A DNA stretch of 64,000 bases from Mobula hypostoma (lineage: Eukaryota). The position numbers were made by a program, and so were the translations under genes. Positions within the stretch are counted from its first letter, which is position 1. Every line of letters begins with the position of its first letter. Below the pieces are notes generated by a model. The model did not search any database, was not told the origin of the DNA, and saw only the letters and a program-made list of their open reading frames with translations. Shown here in pieces: positions 11,228-23,909 of this stretch. The stretch is from positions 62,374,001-62,438,000 of the forward strand of contig NC_086097.1 in assembly GCF_963921235.1 (NCBI RefSeq), given 5' to 3'.

Positions 11228-11380
11228 ATAACAGCAGAAAATTTTTGGAACACACTCAGCAAGTCAGGCAACATCACTGAAAAAGAAAGAGAATTAACAT
11301 TTGCGGTCCAAGACTCTTTGCCAGATCTATTGAGTGTTTCAAGCCTTTTCCATTTGTATTTCATGTTTCCATCATCTGCA
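11228..11380. mobile_element. Short decayed element derived from a Penelope terminus
   Basis: ggaacacactcagcaagtcaggcaacatc...; similar to 23745-23909 and to the reverse complement of 14960-15050. Confidence 0.55.
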
Positions 11381-11533
11381 TTTTTTTAATCCCGAAGTTT
11401 TACTTTAGAAATAAAGACAGCCGCATGTGACCCATCTGCTTTTCTCAAAGTGATCCGACTACAAATGTGGAAGTTTGCATGATGATCATATCAGAGAAAA
11501 GGATACATAGCAGTAGCTTTTAAAATGAAACAT

Positions 11534-12099
11534 AAGACCATAAGACCATAAGACAAAGGAGCAGAAGTAGGTCATTCAGCCCATCGAGTCTGCTCTGCCA
11601 TTTTATCATGAGCTGATCCATGTTCTCCTATTTAGTCCCACATCCCTGCCTTCTCACCATAACCTTTGATGCCCTGGCTACTCAGATACCTATCAATCTC
11701 TGCCTTAAATACACCCAATGACTTGGCCTCCACTGCTGCCCGTGGCAACAAATTCCATAGATTCACCACCCTCTGACTAAAAAAATTTCTTCACATTCTG
11801 TTCTGAAAGGGCGCCCTTCAATCCTTAAATCATGCCCTCTCGTACTAGACTCCCCCATCATGGGAAACAACTTTGCCACATCCACTCTGTCCATGCCTTT
11901 CAACATTCGAAATGTTTCTATGAGGTCTCCCCTCATTCTTCTAAACTCCAAGGAATACAGTCCAAGAGCGGACAAACATTCCTCATATGTTAACCCTCTC
12001 ATTCCCGGAATTATTCTAGTGAATCTTCTCTGTACCCTCTCCAATGTCAGCACATCCTTTCTTAAATAAGGAGACCAAAACTGCCCACAGTACTCCACA
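11534..12099 (-). mobile_element. CR1 3' fragment
   Basis: VEYCGQFWSPYLRKD...LGLYSLEFRRMRGDLIE; tail (ATAAGACC)n on +. TSD GAAACAT at 11527-11533 and 12100-12106. Confidence 0.92.
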
Positions 12100-13594
12100 G
12101 AAACATGGGACAACACAGCCGTTGAAAAACCTGAGGTGATTTATATTGGTTTTAAGGTAGCTGCTAATCGGATGAAGTCTGTTGAAGTCTGTGTTACCTT
12201 GGAAGGCAAGCATCCAGATTTTTTTTTTTCCCTTTCTATTATTCCATATTCTTTTCTGATCTGTGTGTTCTGATAAAACTATTACAGTAATTTTAAAAGG
12301 AACCTGAAATGGAGGTGGACTGATGAACAACAAAAATCATTTAATGCAGGGAGTGGAAAATTTCTGTGGTACTTTGATACCACGATAACCGTAAAACTAG
12401 CAAATGACAATGCTAGTCACTGAGGCAGAAACGGCACATAGAAGTTGTTTACGGCTTTATACAAAAGGGAGGAAATCATGCACAAATTAACAAAGAAATC
12501 TGCATAATCATTTTCATTGTGAAGAAATTGCACCAGTTCCTACTGGGAAAACCTCTCATTCTAATAACCAGCATAAAACGCTATTGCCAATCTTGGCTTC
12601 TGAAAAAGCATTTCCAACAATGTCAATTTACGGGGATTCAGAGATGTGCAGTTTTCTACTACAATATAATTATACTATTGAATGGTGTTTATCAATTCAA
12701 TATGTAATAGCTGATGCCTTGTCTAGATTACTGCATGAAACATCAGATATTGGTAGTGAAAATTCAATTTTCACACTGCAGGCTGCAGATAAAAATCTCC
12801 CAATAACTGCCATTGAGATTGCTTAGGTACTCAATAGGATGTAGCGCTGAAACATCTCTGTGAACAGTTTGAGCAAGCCTGGGCAAATGTCTAAATGAAA
12901 CATTATAGCCATTGCAAGGTTGAGTTATCAATTGAATAAGGATACTGTACTTGAAATGCAGATATCAAGTAGTCATTCCAAATATTCTGGAGTAAGGGAC
13001 GGCAGATGAGCTACACGTCAAAGACATTAGAATCACTAATATGATGGCCATTACCAGGAGTTTTACTTATTGACACAACATTATTAAAGCACTGATACAA
13101 AGTTGCATCCTTTATACAGCTTACCCTCTGGCAATGCTGGAAGAACCGAGCTCAACCATTCCAAGCTGTCTGTGTTAACCACTCCAAACGTTCTTGTGAT
13201 CCTTGCCAAACAATCAGTTGAAGTCTAACATGTAAGGAATGTGCTGTTGAAAAGTTGAGATGGATCATTATAATGCATGGAAAACTGGCAAAGTTACCGT
13301 CCAACCATGGTTCACAGTTTAGTTCACATTTATGTCACTGATTTATTCCACATAATTTTTCCAAATATTTACCAATTTTTAGATTTGTTTTACTTCAAGA
13401 ATTAATTTAAACTAACATACACTTCTCTATTACAACAAATGGGATCAGGTAAATTGGTTGAAAGCATGAAACATTTATTAATTTACATCTGGAATAAAGA
13501 GGTAACATTTAAAAAAGATTGACAAAGTCTGATCCTTGGATCCTCACACCTTTAGCCTCCCAGTGAGTACAACCAAGTTACTTTATTTTCTTGC

Positions 13595-15060
13595 TGAGCT
13601 TGTTGACTTCATTAACTTTGCCTCCAACTTTCACCCTGTCCTCAAATTTACCTGGTCCATTTCTGACATCTTTTTTGATCTTTCTGTCTCTATCTCTGGA
13701 GACAGTTTATCTACTGATGTCTACGATAAGCTTATGGACGGACTGTCTGGAGTATTCCTGGAGTATCTGGAGTATTCCTCTTCCCACCCTATCTCATGCA
13801 AAAATGCCATCCCCTTTTCTCAATTCCTCCGTTTCCACCACATCTGCTCTCAGGATGAGGCTTTTCATTCCAGGACGAAGGAGATGTCTTCTTTTTTTAA
13901 AGAAAGGGGCTTTCCTTCCTCCACCATCAGCTCTGCTCTCAAATGCATCTCCCCCATTTCACGCACATATGCTCTCACCCCTTCCTCCCGCCACCCCACT
14001 AGGAATAGGGTTCCCCTTGTCCTCACCTACCACCCCACCAGCCTCCGGGTCCAACATATAATTCTCCATAACTTCCGCCACCTCCAACGGGATCCCACTG
14101 CCAAACACATCTTTCCCCTCCCCCTTATTTCTGCTTTCTGCAGGGATCGCGCCCTAACGCAACTCCCTTGTCCATGCATCCCCCTTCATCCCTTCCCACT
14201 GATCTCCCTCCTGGCACTTATCCTTGCAAGCGGAACAACTGCTACACATGTCCTTACACTTCCTCCCTCACCACCATTCAGGGCCCCAGACAGTCCTCCC
14301 AGGTGAGGCGACACTTCACCTGTGAGTCGGCTGGGGTGATATACTGCGTCCGGTGCTCCCGGTGCGGGCTTCTATATATTGGCAAGACCCGATGCAGACT
14401 GGGAGATCGTTTCACTGAACACCTACGCTCTGTCTGCCAGAGAAAGCAGGATCTCCCAGTGGCCACACATTTTAATTCCATGTTCCATTCCCATTCTGAT
14501 ATGTCCACCCATGGCCTCCCCTACTGTCAGGATGAAGCCACACTCAGGTTGGAGGAACAGCACCTTATATTCCATCTGGGTAGCCTCCAACCTGATGGCA
14601 TGAATATTGACTTCTCTAACTTCCGCTAATGCCCCACCTCCCCTTCTACCCCATCCCTTATTTATTTATTGATTCCCCCCTTTCTTTCTCTCTCTTTTTT
14701 CTCCCTCTGTCCCTCTCACTATATCTTCTTCTGATGCCCCCCTCCCCCTTTCCTTCTCCCTAGGCCTCCCGTCCCATGATCCTCTCCCTTCTCCAGCCTT
14801 GTATCCCTTTTGCCAATCAACTTTCTAGCTCTTAGTTTCATCCCTCTGCCTCCTGTCTTCTCCTATCAGTTTGGATCTCCCACTCCCCCTCCCACTTTCA
14901 AATCTCTTACTACCTCTTCTTTCAGTTAGTCCTGACGAAGGGTCTCGGCCCAAAACATCGACTGTCCCTCTTCCTATAGATGCTGCCTGGCCTGCTGCAT
15001 TCCACCAGCATTTTGTGTGTTTTGCTTGTATTTCCAGCATCTGCAGATTTCCCCGTGTAT
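13595..15060 (+). mobile_element. Penelope-like element, 5'-truncated: RT C-terminus, GIY-YIG endonuclease and terminal repeat
   Basis: FASNFHPVLKFT..., YSSSHP..CKNAIPFSQFLR and TCESAGVIYCVRCSRCGLLYIGKTRCRLGDRFTEH (GIY-YIG), with frameshifts. 14-bp TSD CTTTATTTTCTTGC at 13581-13594 and 15066-15079. Confidence 0.93.
14928..14963 (+). ncRNA. Degenerate minimal hammerhead ribozyme in the Penelope terminal repeat
   Basis: AGTC-CTGACGA-A-GGG(TCTCGG)CCC-AAAA-C-ATC-GACT. Core GAAA and GUC read AAAA and AUC, both at former CpG sites. Confidence 0.7.
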
Positions 15061-15219
15061 GAGTTCTTTATTTTCTTGCCTGTTCTATTGACAGCAGAAT
15101 TTTTTTACTCCTGATAGCACTTGCTTGGTCTCTACCTCTAACTCAATATTTCTATATGTTTATTTTCTCTATTATCCATCTCTATATTTCTCAATGATTT
15201 CTTAAACTACCACTGATGA

Positions 15220-16988
15220 AGTATAGGACCAATCAAGTGTGACAGTGGAAAAGTGTGTATGGATCTGGAGCAAATAGCGGAGGTGCAATGAATACTTCAC
15301 TTCAGCATTCACTGTGGAAAAGGATCTTGGTGATTGTAGGGATGACTTGCAGTGGGCTGAAAAGCTTGAGCATGTAGATATTAAGGAAGAGGATGTGCTG
15401 GAGCTTTTGGAAAGCATCAAGTTGGTTAAGTCACCGGGACTAGACGGGATGTACCCCAGACCACCGTGGGAAGGGAGGGAGGAGATTGCTGAGCCTCTGG
15501 CAATGATCTTTGTGTAATCAATGAGGATGGGAGAAGTTCCAGAGGATTGGAGGGTTGCGGATGTTATTCCCTTATTCAAGAAAGGGAACACGGTTAGCCC
15601 AGGAAATTATAGGCCAGCGAGTCTTACTTCGGTGGTTGGTAAGTTGTTGAAGAAGATCCTGAGGGGCAGGATTTATGAATATTTGGAGAAGCATAATATG
15701 ATTAGGAATGGTCAGCATGGCTTTGTCAAGGGTAGGTCATGCCTTACGAGCCTGATTAAATTTTTTCACGATGTGACTAAACACATTGATGAGGGTAGAG
15801 CAGTGGATGTAGTGTATATGGATTTTAACAAGGCATTTGATAATGTACCCCATGCAAGGCTTATTGAGAAAGTAAGGAGGCATGGGATCCAAGGGGACAT
15901 TGCTTTGTGGATCCAGAATTGCCCACAAAAGGCAAAGAGTGGTTGTAAATGGGTCATATTCTGCATGAAGGCCAGTGACCTGTGGTGTGCCTCAGGGATC
16001 TGTTCTGGGACGCCGACTCTTTGTGATTTTTATAAATGGCCTGGATGAGGAAATGGAGGGATGGGTTAGTAAATTTGCTGATGATACAAAGGTTGGAGGT
16101 GTTGCGGACAATGTGGAGGGCTGTCAGAAGTTACAGCGGGACATTGATAGGATGCAAAACTGGGCTGAGAAGAGGCAGATGGAATTCAACCCAGATGTGT
16201 GAGATGGTTCATTTTGGTCGGTCAAATATGATGGCAGAATATGGTATTAATGGTAAGACTCTTTGCAGTGCGGAGGATCAGAGGGATCTTGGGGTCCAAG
16301 TCCATAGAACACTCAAAGCTGCTACACACGTTGACTCTGTGATTAAGAAGGCATATGGTGCATTGCTCATCATCAATCGTGGGTTTGAGTTTAAGAGCAG
16401 AGAGGTAATGGTGCAGCTATATAGGACCCTGGTCAGACCCCACTTGGAGTACTGTGCTCATTTCTGATCACCTCACTACAGGAAGGACGTGGAAACCATA
16501 GAAAGGGTGTAGAGGAGATTTACAAGGATGTTGCTTGGATTGGGGAGCATGCCTTATGAGAATAGGTTGAGTGAACGTGGCCTTTTCTCCTTGGAGCGGT
16601 GGAGGATGAGAGGTAACCTGATAGAGGTGTACAAGATTATGAGAGGCATTGATCGTGTGGATAGTCAGAGGCTTTTCCCCAGGACTGAAATGGCTAGCAC
16701 AAGAGGACGTAGTTTTAAGATGCTTGGAAGTAGGTACAGAGGAGATGTCAGGGGTAATTTTTTTACACAGTGAGTGATGAGTGTGTGGAATGGGCTGCCA
16801 GCGGCAGTGGTGGAGGCAGAAACGACAAGGTCTTTTAAGAGCTCTCTGGATGACTACATGGAGCTTAGAAAGATAGAGGGCCACGGGTAAAGCCTAGGTA
16901 GTTCTAAGGCAGGGGTACATTCGGCACAGCTTTGTGGGCTGAAGGGCCTGTATTGTGCTTTAGGTTTTCTATGTTTCTATGTTTCTAT
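15220..16988 (+). mobile_element. 5'-truncated CR1 LINE, ORF2 RT pseudogene
   Basis: KSPGLDG, PGNYRPASLTS, GVPQGSVLG and KFADDTK with multiple stops; (TTTCTATG)n tail at ~16966-16988. Confidence 0.95.
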
Positions 16989-18497
16989 GGTCATTTCAAT
17001 CATATATTTTACATTGTATTAGTTGCTCTGCTTCTTCTTTTGCTGATTAAACTATTCCTCATCACACTTCTTTGTTCCATTTAAGACTGAGGTAATCTAC
17101 AACTGGAATCTACATGAATTATCTGGTCACCTATTAGATATTCTGTTTGTTTCCATGGCATTGTCCTTTGAAAGTTTCAACCTCTCCTTTTTCTTGTTCC
17201 CTAATAAACTTGATTCAAATTGTATAAGTCATCAGTATGTTCCTGTTAAACACTATATTTGTTTTATATCAAACTATTTGTCTACTACCAAAATTAACAA
17301 GGCAATCTAAATTACTACCTTGACCATCACAATTTGCAAGTATTAAATATTATTCTGCTTCAGCACATTTGTTGCAATTAATATCTTTTGACTAACTGAC
17401 CTCGCTTGTTTGTTTTCAGATCTTACAGAATGTTAATAAAGGTCAGACTTGCCTCAATAACCTTTACACCCCTGTTCCATCACAATAATGATATTAAACC
17501 ACATCAAGAAAATTTTAAACCATACATATGCGTTTAAGACATTTCCCTGCCTGTCTGGACTACCGCTTATGGCTCTGTGTAATCCTACAACCAGAAAGAA
17601 GGCAGAAAGATCCATGCAAATTTTGAAAGCTTTAAAGAAAAACAGGCATTCTGAAGTTTACTCCTTCACAATGAATCATCCATTGACTAACTTCTTGCTT
17701 CAATATACTTCGGCTACACTTTCTACTATTGGTTTTACTCTGACAGAGCTGCTAAGACATGCTTTTCTTCATATGTGACTGAGTTTGGTACAAACTTAAT
17801 TTAGAAGGAGAATAAGGAGGCAAGAATTGAAGCAAAAGACAATATTTTGACTGAGTAAGGCAGTAAGAGTCCCCAGATCAGGAAATACGTGCAAAAGTCA
17901 TCAATGGGACCTTAGTGAAATAAAATAAAATCTGTATTTCAAAAAAATACTAATCTGTACCAGAAATACCACAAAGCACATCAAACCATTTTAGCAGTGC
18001 ACATGTAGATACTGAAAAAATGTCTGAGAATAATTCTATTCCTGGAAACAACATAGATTCAGGAATCACAGAGTAAAGGTGAGTGAAGCCAATTAGCGAA
18101 AACCCTAGATGGGATAGAGTTCTTCAAATACGTTCAGGAAAGTTACCTTAATCAGTCCGTAGAAGTCCCAAGGAGAGAGTGTGCGATACTTGATGTTCTA
18201 TTAGGGAATGAGACAGAGCAAGTGACAGAAGTTTGTGTAGGGAACACTTTGTATCTAGTGATCATAATGCCATTAGTTTCAAAGTAAATATGGAAAAAAG
18301 ATAAGTCTGGTCTGTGGGCTGTCATTGTAATCTGAAGGAAGGACAATTCTGATGGTATCAGAAAGGATCTGGCAAGTGTGGATTAGGACAGGCTGTCTTC
18401 TGGAAAAGCTGTATCTGGTAAATGGGAGGCCTTCAAAAATGAAATTTTGAGAGTACAAAGCTTGTATGTGCCTGTCAGAATAAAATGTAAAAATAAC

Positions 18498-21400
18498 TGT
18501 AATGTATGGATCTAGTTCTTTCAGAGCAAAGACTCCCCTTACCACTACTTATGGACTGATAACTTACCTATGTGCATTGATCTATTGTCTATGCATGCAC
18601 ATTAATCTGTTCTCTCTCTCTCTCTCTCTGCAACATGAATACACGAGTTAACCTCATCTCTCTGTGTGTGCCTTTATTTATTTGATATGTAGTTGTACAG
18701 ACACAACAAATTGGCGACAAGTACGGACCTGAATATCAGAGGTTATCAGCAATGGCACCCACAGTTACAGGATGACAGAATTTGGAGGAAGGATGAGAGA
18801 CAGTGAGAGGAAAGTTAATCAGTATGGAAAAAACTGTCACAGATGCTAACAAAGGGATGCAAGCGTGAGGAACTGCATAGTACAAAGTGAAGATACACAA
18901 CTAACAAAGCTAAAGTGAAAATAATGTGACAATAGCATTAGTCAGAAAAGTTGATGAATTTGATAGTGCTAATGTAGGTCAAGAGGGTTGAACTGTATTG
19001 TAATGCAAATGACATGGATGAGGAAAAGAAAAACCCCACACCTCTTAAATTAACACTCCACACTTCTTAACTTAATGGGTGCTAAAATGTATAGGTTTTT
19101 GTGCAACATATTAACTCCTGAAAAGGCAGCAAGCAAAATGTTCAACAAAATTGTTACAACTTTACAAAATCAATTGAGCCCTAAACTGCTGATAACAGCT
19201 GAGAGATTTAGATTTCACAAATGGAGCTAGTCAAAAGGTGAAAGCATTTCTGAATACATGCAGAACTATGCAAACTTTCCCAATACTCTGACTTTGGAGA
19301 TGCTAAAACCTACACAGGTGAAAAGAGTCCCACAAAGGCAAACTGAAAGTGAATGTGATGTATGGTGGCAAAACACAGCAGTTAGAGCTTTATGTGTTCA
19401 AAAGTGGAAGGACAGCACTTTTTGGATGTGAATGGTTGAGAAAATCCAACTAGACTAACACACAATCAAAGCTTCCAATGTGTCATCAACAGGCAACTGC
19501 AGCCGAGATGGTAGCACTAATCAGAGACCAAAACAGCTGCTTAATGTTAACAAGAAGGTGTTTGAGTAGGGTATTGGTAAACTCAAAGGCATGAAGGCCA
19601 GAATTGAACTGGATGAAGCAGCAACACTAAGATTTCATAACACATGTCCAGTGTCTTATGCACTACATCTAAAAGTGGATGCTGAACTTCAGAGTTCGGA
19701 GGTGTCTGGCATTCTCTTCAGGGTTGAGTGGAGTGATTGAGCCATGCCCATTGTCCTGGTGGTCAAGAAAGGGAAGGCTTGCGCTATTCGCATATGGGGG
19801 GATTTGAAAGTGAGCATCAACCCTGTGCTGTGTACTGTGCAGTATTCCCTGCCATGAACAGAAGACACTTTGGCATTTTTGGCAGGTGAGGAGAGGTTTT
19901 CAAAGATTGCCTTGTCACTAGCCTATCTGTAAATGGAAATTGAGAAGTCAAGCAGGAAGTTCCTCACAATCAACATTCACAAGGGACTGCTCCAGTATAA
20001 TCGTCTCATCTTTGGCGTCACATCAACTCCAGTAATTTAGCAGATAGCAATGGACCAAGTGCTCCAAGGTATACCAGGAACACAATGTTACCTTGATGAA
20101 TTCATCGTGACTAGCAAGAATGATGAAGAGCACCTCTGGAATCTTAGTAAGTGTTTCCTAGGCTGAGTGAGTATGGTCTGCATGCAAAGAGAGAGAAATG
20201 TGAGTGTTTCAAGAATGAAATCTCATATTGTGGACATGTCATGGACAAGTATGGCTTGCGTAAGTCACAAGAGAAGACTGAAAGAGTGCTACAGGCACCC
20301 AAACTGGAAGATGTGTCACAACTCAGGTCATACTTGGGACTTGTGATCTACTACCACAGGTTTCTCCCAAAGATTGCTACAGTAGTGCATCCATTGAATC
20401 CACTGTTACAGGTAGGAGCAAAGTGGGAATGGTCAGAAATATGTGAAAGAGCATTCAAGGAAACGAAAAGACTAATGACATCAGATGAACTGCTCAGATG
20501 TATGGCTCTATTTCTTTTAGAGCGCAATGGCTCCCATTAGCACTACATATAGTTTGTTGTCCACATATGTGTATTGATCTCTCTCTCTCCCTCTCTCTCT
20601 CTCTTTCTCTCTCGCTGCAATGTAAGTACACCAATTAAAGCCATCTCCTGTGAGCATGCATTTATTTAGTTGATCTGTAGTTGCACAGACACAACACCTT
20701 TATGATCCATCTTTGCCTTTCAGACTGGCATGCAACGCATCCCCTTATGGTATTGGTGCCATATTGTCACGCACTATGAAAGATGGATCTGAATGTCTGA
20801 TTGTGTTTGTTTCAAGATCACTGATGTGTGCAGAATGCAACTACACAGAAAGAGGCCCTTAGTCTAGCATGGGGAATAAAGAAGTTCCACCACTGCCTTT
20901 TGGACAAAAGTTTACTCTAGTGACAGACCACCAGATCCTAGTGTCCATTTTCAATCCCAGGAAGGGAATCCCAGTGATGACTGCTATCCGGTTGCAATGT
21001 TGGGCACTTTTCCTAGGAGCTCACTCTTATGACATAGAGTTCAAGGGTTCCAAACAACACGGCAATGCTGTCATCACTTCCACAGTTGGCAACTGAAAAA
21101 AAAATGTCTTCATGCTGTGACCCAACAGAGGTGTTTCACAAAGCATTGATGGACCAGGTGCCACTGCCAAATTCTGAAATACAAAGAGAAACAAGGAATG
21201 ACCTAACATTGTCAAAAGTCCATGACATCACCATGTAAGGATGGCTAACTCATGGGAACCTCATGTTTCCAGAGTTCTCAGTGAGATGAGACCAACTGTC
21301 AATGCCTCAAAGGATGCTGATGTGTGGCTCCTGTGTCATTGTTCCCTCTAAACTGCGCAACAGAGTGTTAGAGAATCTGCACGAAGGACACCTGGGTACA

Positions 21401-22837
21401 GTCAAGATGAAGAGTCTCACCCAGGGCTAAATCTGATGACTGGAAATAGATAGACAGATTGAAGATTTGGCCAAAAGCTGTTTGGGATGCTGCAAAGTTC
21501 AAAATGCACCACCACAGGCACCGTTACACCCATGGGAGTGGCCATCTTCACCATGGCAAAGAGTGCATATTGACGTTGCTAGGCCAGTTATGGACTCCAT
21601 GTTTCTGATTGCTGTGGATGCTCATTCAAAGAGACTGGAGAAGGTCATGGCAATGATGTCAATCACATTAGAAAAGACTGTTTCCATTCTGAGGACTATC
21701 TTCTCCAGAAATGGCTTGCCTGAACAAATTGTGAGTGAAAACAGACCACAATATACGTCAGAAGAGGTTAAACGATTCATTAAAAAAAATAGCATCAAAC
21801 ATTTCAAGTCTGCTGCTCATCGCACAGCGACGAAGGGGTTAGCTGTAAAGTATGTCCAAACTTTCAAGGTCTGTTAAAGTTATGGACAAAGAGGATATTT
21901 CTCTACAACACAAGGTGGACAGCTTCCTTCTTGTGTTTCAGAATTCTGTTCACACGACAACAAATCAAACACCAGCAATGCTGTTCATGTGCAGGAATCC
22001 TAGATTTCGCATAGACCCTCTGAAACCAGATCTATGGACGGAAGTGTAGAATAAACAGTCAACCAGTTGTCAAGTGAATCAACAAGGAGCTTTGAGATTG
22101 GACAGGAAGTCCTAGTGCGTGATTACTGAGAAGACAAGTGGACACCCAGTGGGATAGCTACAAGAACTGGACCACTGACGTACACAGTGGACATTGGAGA
22201 TCATACATGGAGATGTCACATGGTCCAGATACTGGATGCTCAGCTGAGGGATGCACATGAGTCGACTGTATCCATCAACACAGACAAATTACAGCCACTG
22301 GAATTACCTCTGAGTGATGATCATGTCACTAAACAGCAACATGACACCTGCAACAGAGAAAGTTGTCTTTGACAGGACACCGGCCAAACCTGATGCCACT
22401 CCACAGGTCCAGAGGAGCTATCCTGAAAGACATAGGGCACCACCTAAAAACCTGAATCTTTAGTATAGTGAAGTTAGCTATGGACTGTTACTGTAAAAGC
22501 ATGTTTGAATGTGGTTTGTTAGAGGGAAGTTAAATGTTTTGTTACATATATAGTTTTATATTATATTAATCTAAAGGGGGAGGAAATTTAATGTATGAAT
22601 CTATTTCATTTGGAGCAATGCCTCCCCTTAGCACTACTTATGGATTGATAACTTACCTATGTGTGTTCATCTGTTTTCTTTCTCTACCCCTGAACCCCTC
22701 TCCCCCTCTTTCCCTCTGTCCCTCTCTCCTTCTCCTCTCTCTTTCTCCCTCTCCCTCTCCCTTTCCTTCTCCCTCCCCCTCCTCCCTCCCTTGTGCATAC
22801 CTTTATTTAATTAATATGTAGTTGTACGGGCACAACA
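18498..22837 (+). mobile_element. Ty3/Gypsy (Mag-like) LTR retrotransposon, decayed gag-pol
   Basis: LTRs at 18498-18708 and 22587-22837. 5-bp TSD ATAAC at 18493-18497 and 22838-22842. PBS TGGCGAC at 18712; PPT AAAGGGGGAGGAAA before 22587. Gag ITAERFRFH, RT YLDE, RNase H ACNASPYGIGAIL, integrase PWEWPSSPWQRVHID. Confidence 0.93.
20497..20696 (+). repeat. Related LTR nested in pol of the Mag-like element
   Basis: gatgtatggctctatttc...(CT)n...tgtagttgcacagacacaaca resembles both flanking LTRs; it interrupts TSDELL/YDPSLP. Confidence 0.85.
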
Positions 22838-23744
22838 ATAACAAGTGTAGGGTACCTTGGTTTTCAAGAGATATTGAGGCTCTGGTTAAGGGAAAAAAGG
22901 AGGTGCATAGCAGGTACAGGCAAGTAGTAACAAATGTGGAGTTTATGGAGTATAAGAGATGCAAGAGAACATTTAGGAAATTAGGAAGACATGAGGTTGC
23001 CACAGCAGACGGGGGAAGGAGAATCCTAAGGGATTCCAAGGACATGTTAAGAACAAAAAGATAGCAAGGGACAAAAGTGGTCCCCTGGAAGATCAGAATG
23101 GTAATTCATTCATAGAACCAAAAGAAATTGGGAGATCTTAAATGGATTTTTTGAATCTGTATTTACTCAGGAGACAGACACACACTGTATACAGAAGTGG
23201 ACCCTTTACAGATTACAGAGGAGGAAGAGTTTGCTATCTTGAGGCAAAGTAGAGTAAATTAATCCTCAGGGCTTACAAGGTAATCCATTGGATCCTGTGG
23301 GAGACATGTGCAGAAATTGCAGGAGCCCTAACAGAGATCTTAAAATCATCCTTAATGGCAGGTGGGGTGCAAGAGCACCGGAGGATAGCTTATATTGTTC
23401 TGCAGTTTAAGAAAGAATCTAAAGTAAACCAAGAAATTAGAAGCCAGTGAGACTAACATCAGTAGTGGGAAAGTTATTGGTATTCTAAAGGACCAGATAT
23501 ATTGGTATTTGGATAGATATAGTCTGGTTAGGGATATTCAGCATTGCTTTGTGCATATCAGGTCGTGTCTAACCAATTTTATTGAGTTTTCAAGGAAGTT
23601 ACCAGGAAAGTTGATGAAGGCAACACAGTATATGTTGTCTACGTGGACTTTAGCAAGGCATTTGACAAGGTCCCGCATGGGAGGTTGGTCAAGAAGCTTC
23701 AGTCGCTCAGCATTTAGGAGGAAGTAGTAAATTGGATTAGACAA

Positions 23745-23909
23745 CACACACAAATGCTGGAGGAACTCAACAGGCCAGGCAGGATCTATGGAAAAGAGTA
23801 CAGTCGACATTTTGTGCCAAGACCCTTCAGCAGTCCTGTTCTGCTGAGTTCCTCCAGCATTTGTGTGTGCTGCTTAGATTTCCAGCATCTGCAGGTTTTC
23901 TCTTGTTTG
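23745..23909. mobile_element. Short fold-back element derived from Penelope terminal repeats
   Basis: 29-bp inverted arms at 23745-23773 and 23841-23869. 16-bp TSD AAATTG(G/C)ATTAGACAA at 23729-23744 and 23910-23925. Matches 14930-15055. Confidence 0.85.

Larger units (their letters stand above)
10560..13510 (+). mobile_element. Heavily decayed Gypsy gag-pol fossil, interrupted by later insertions
   Basis: KWRWTDEQQKSF at ~12307, AQINKE...VKKLHQFLLGKPLILIT (RNase H) at ~12480-12570, IADALSRL at ~12705. The gag-like stretch near 10620-10730 is weaker. Confidence 0.6.
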
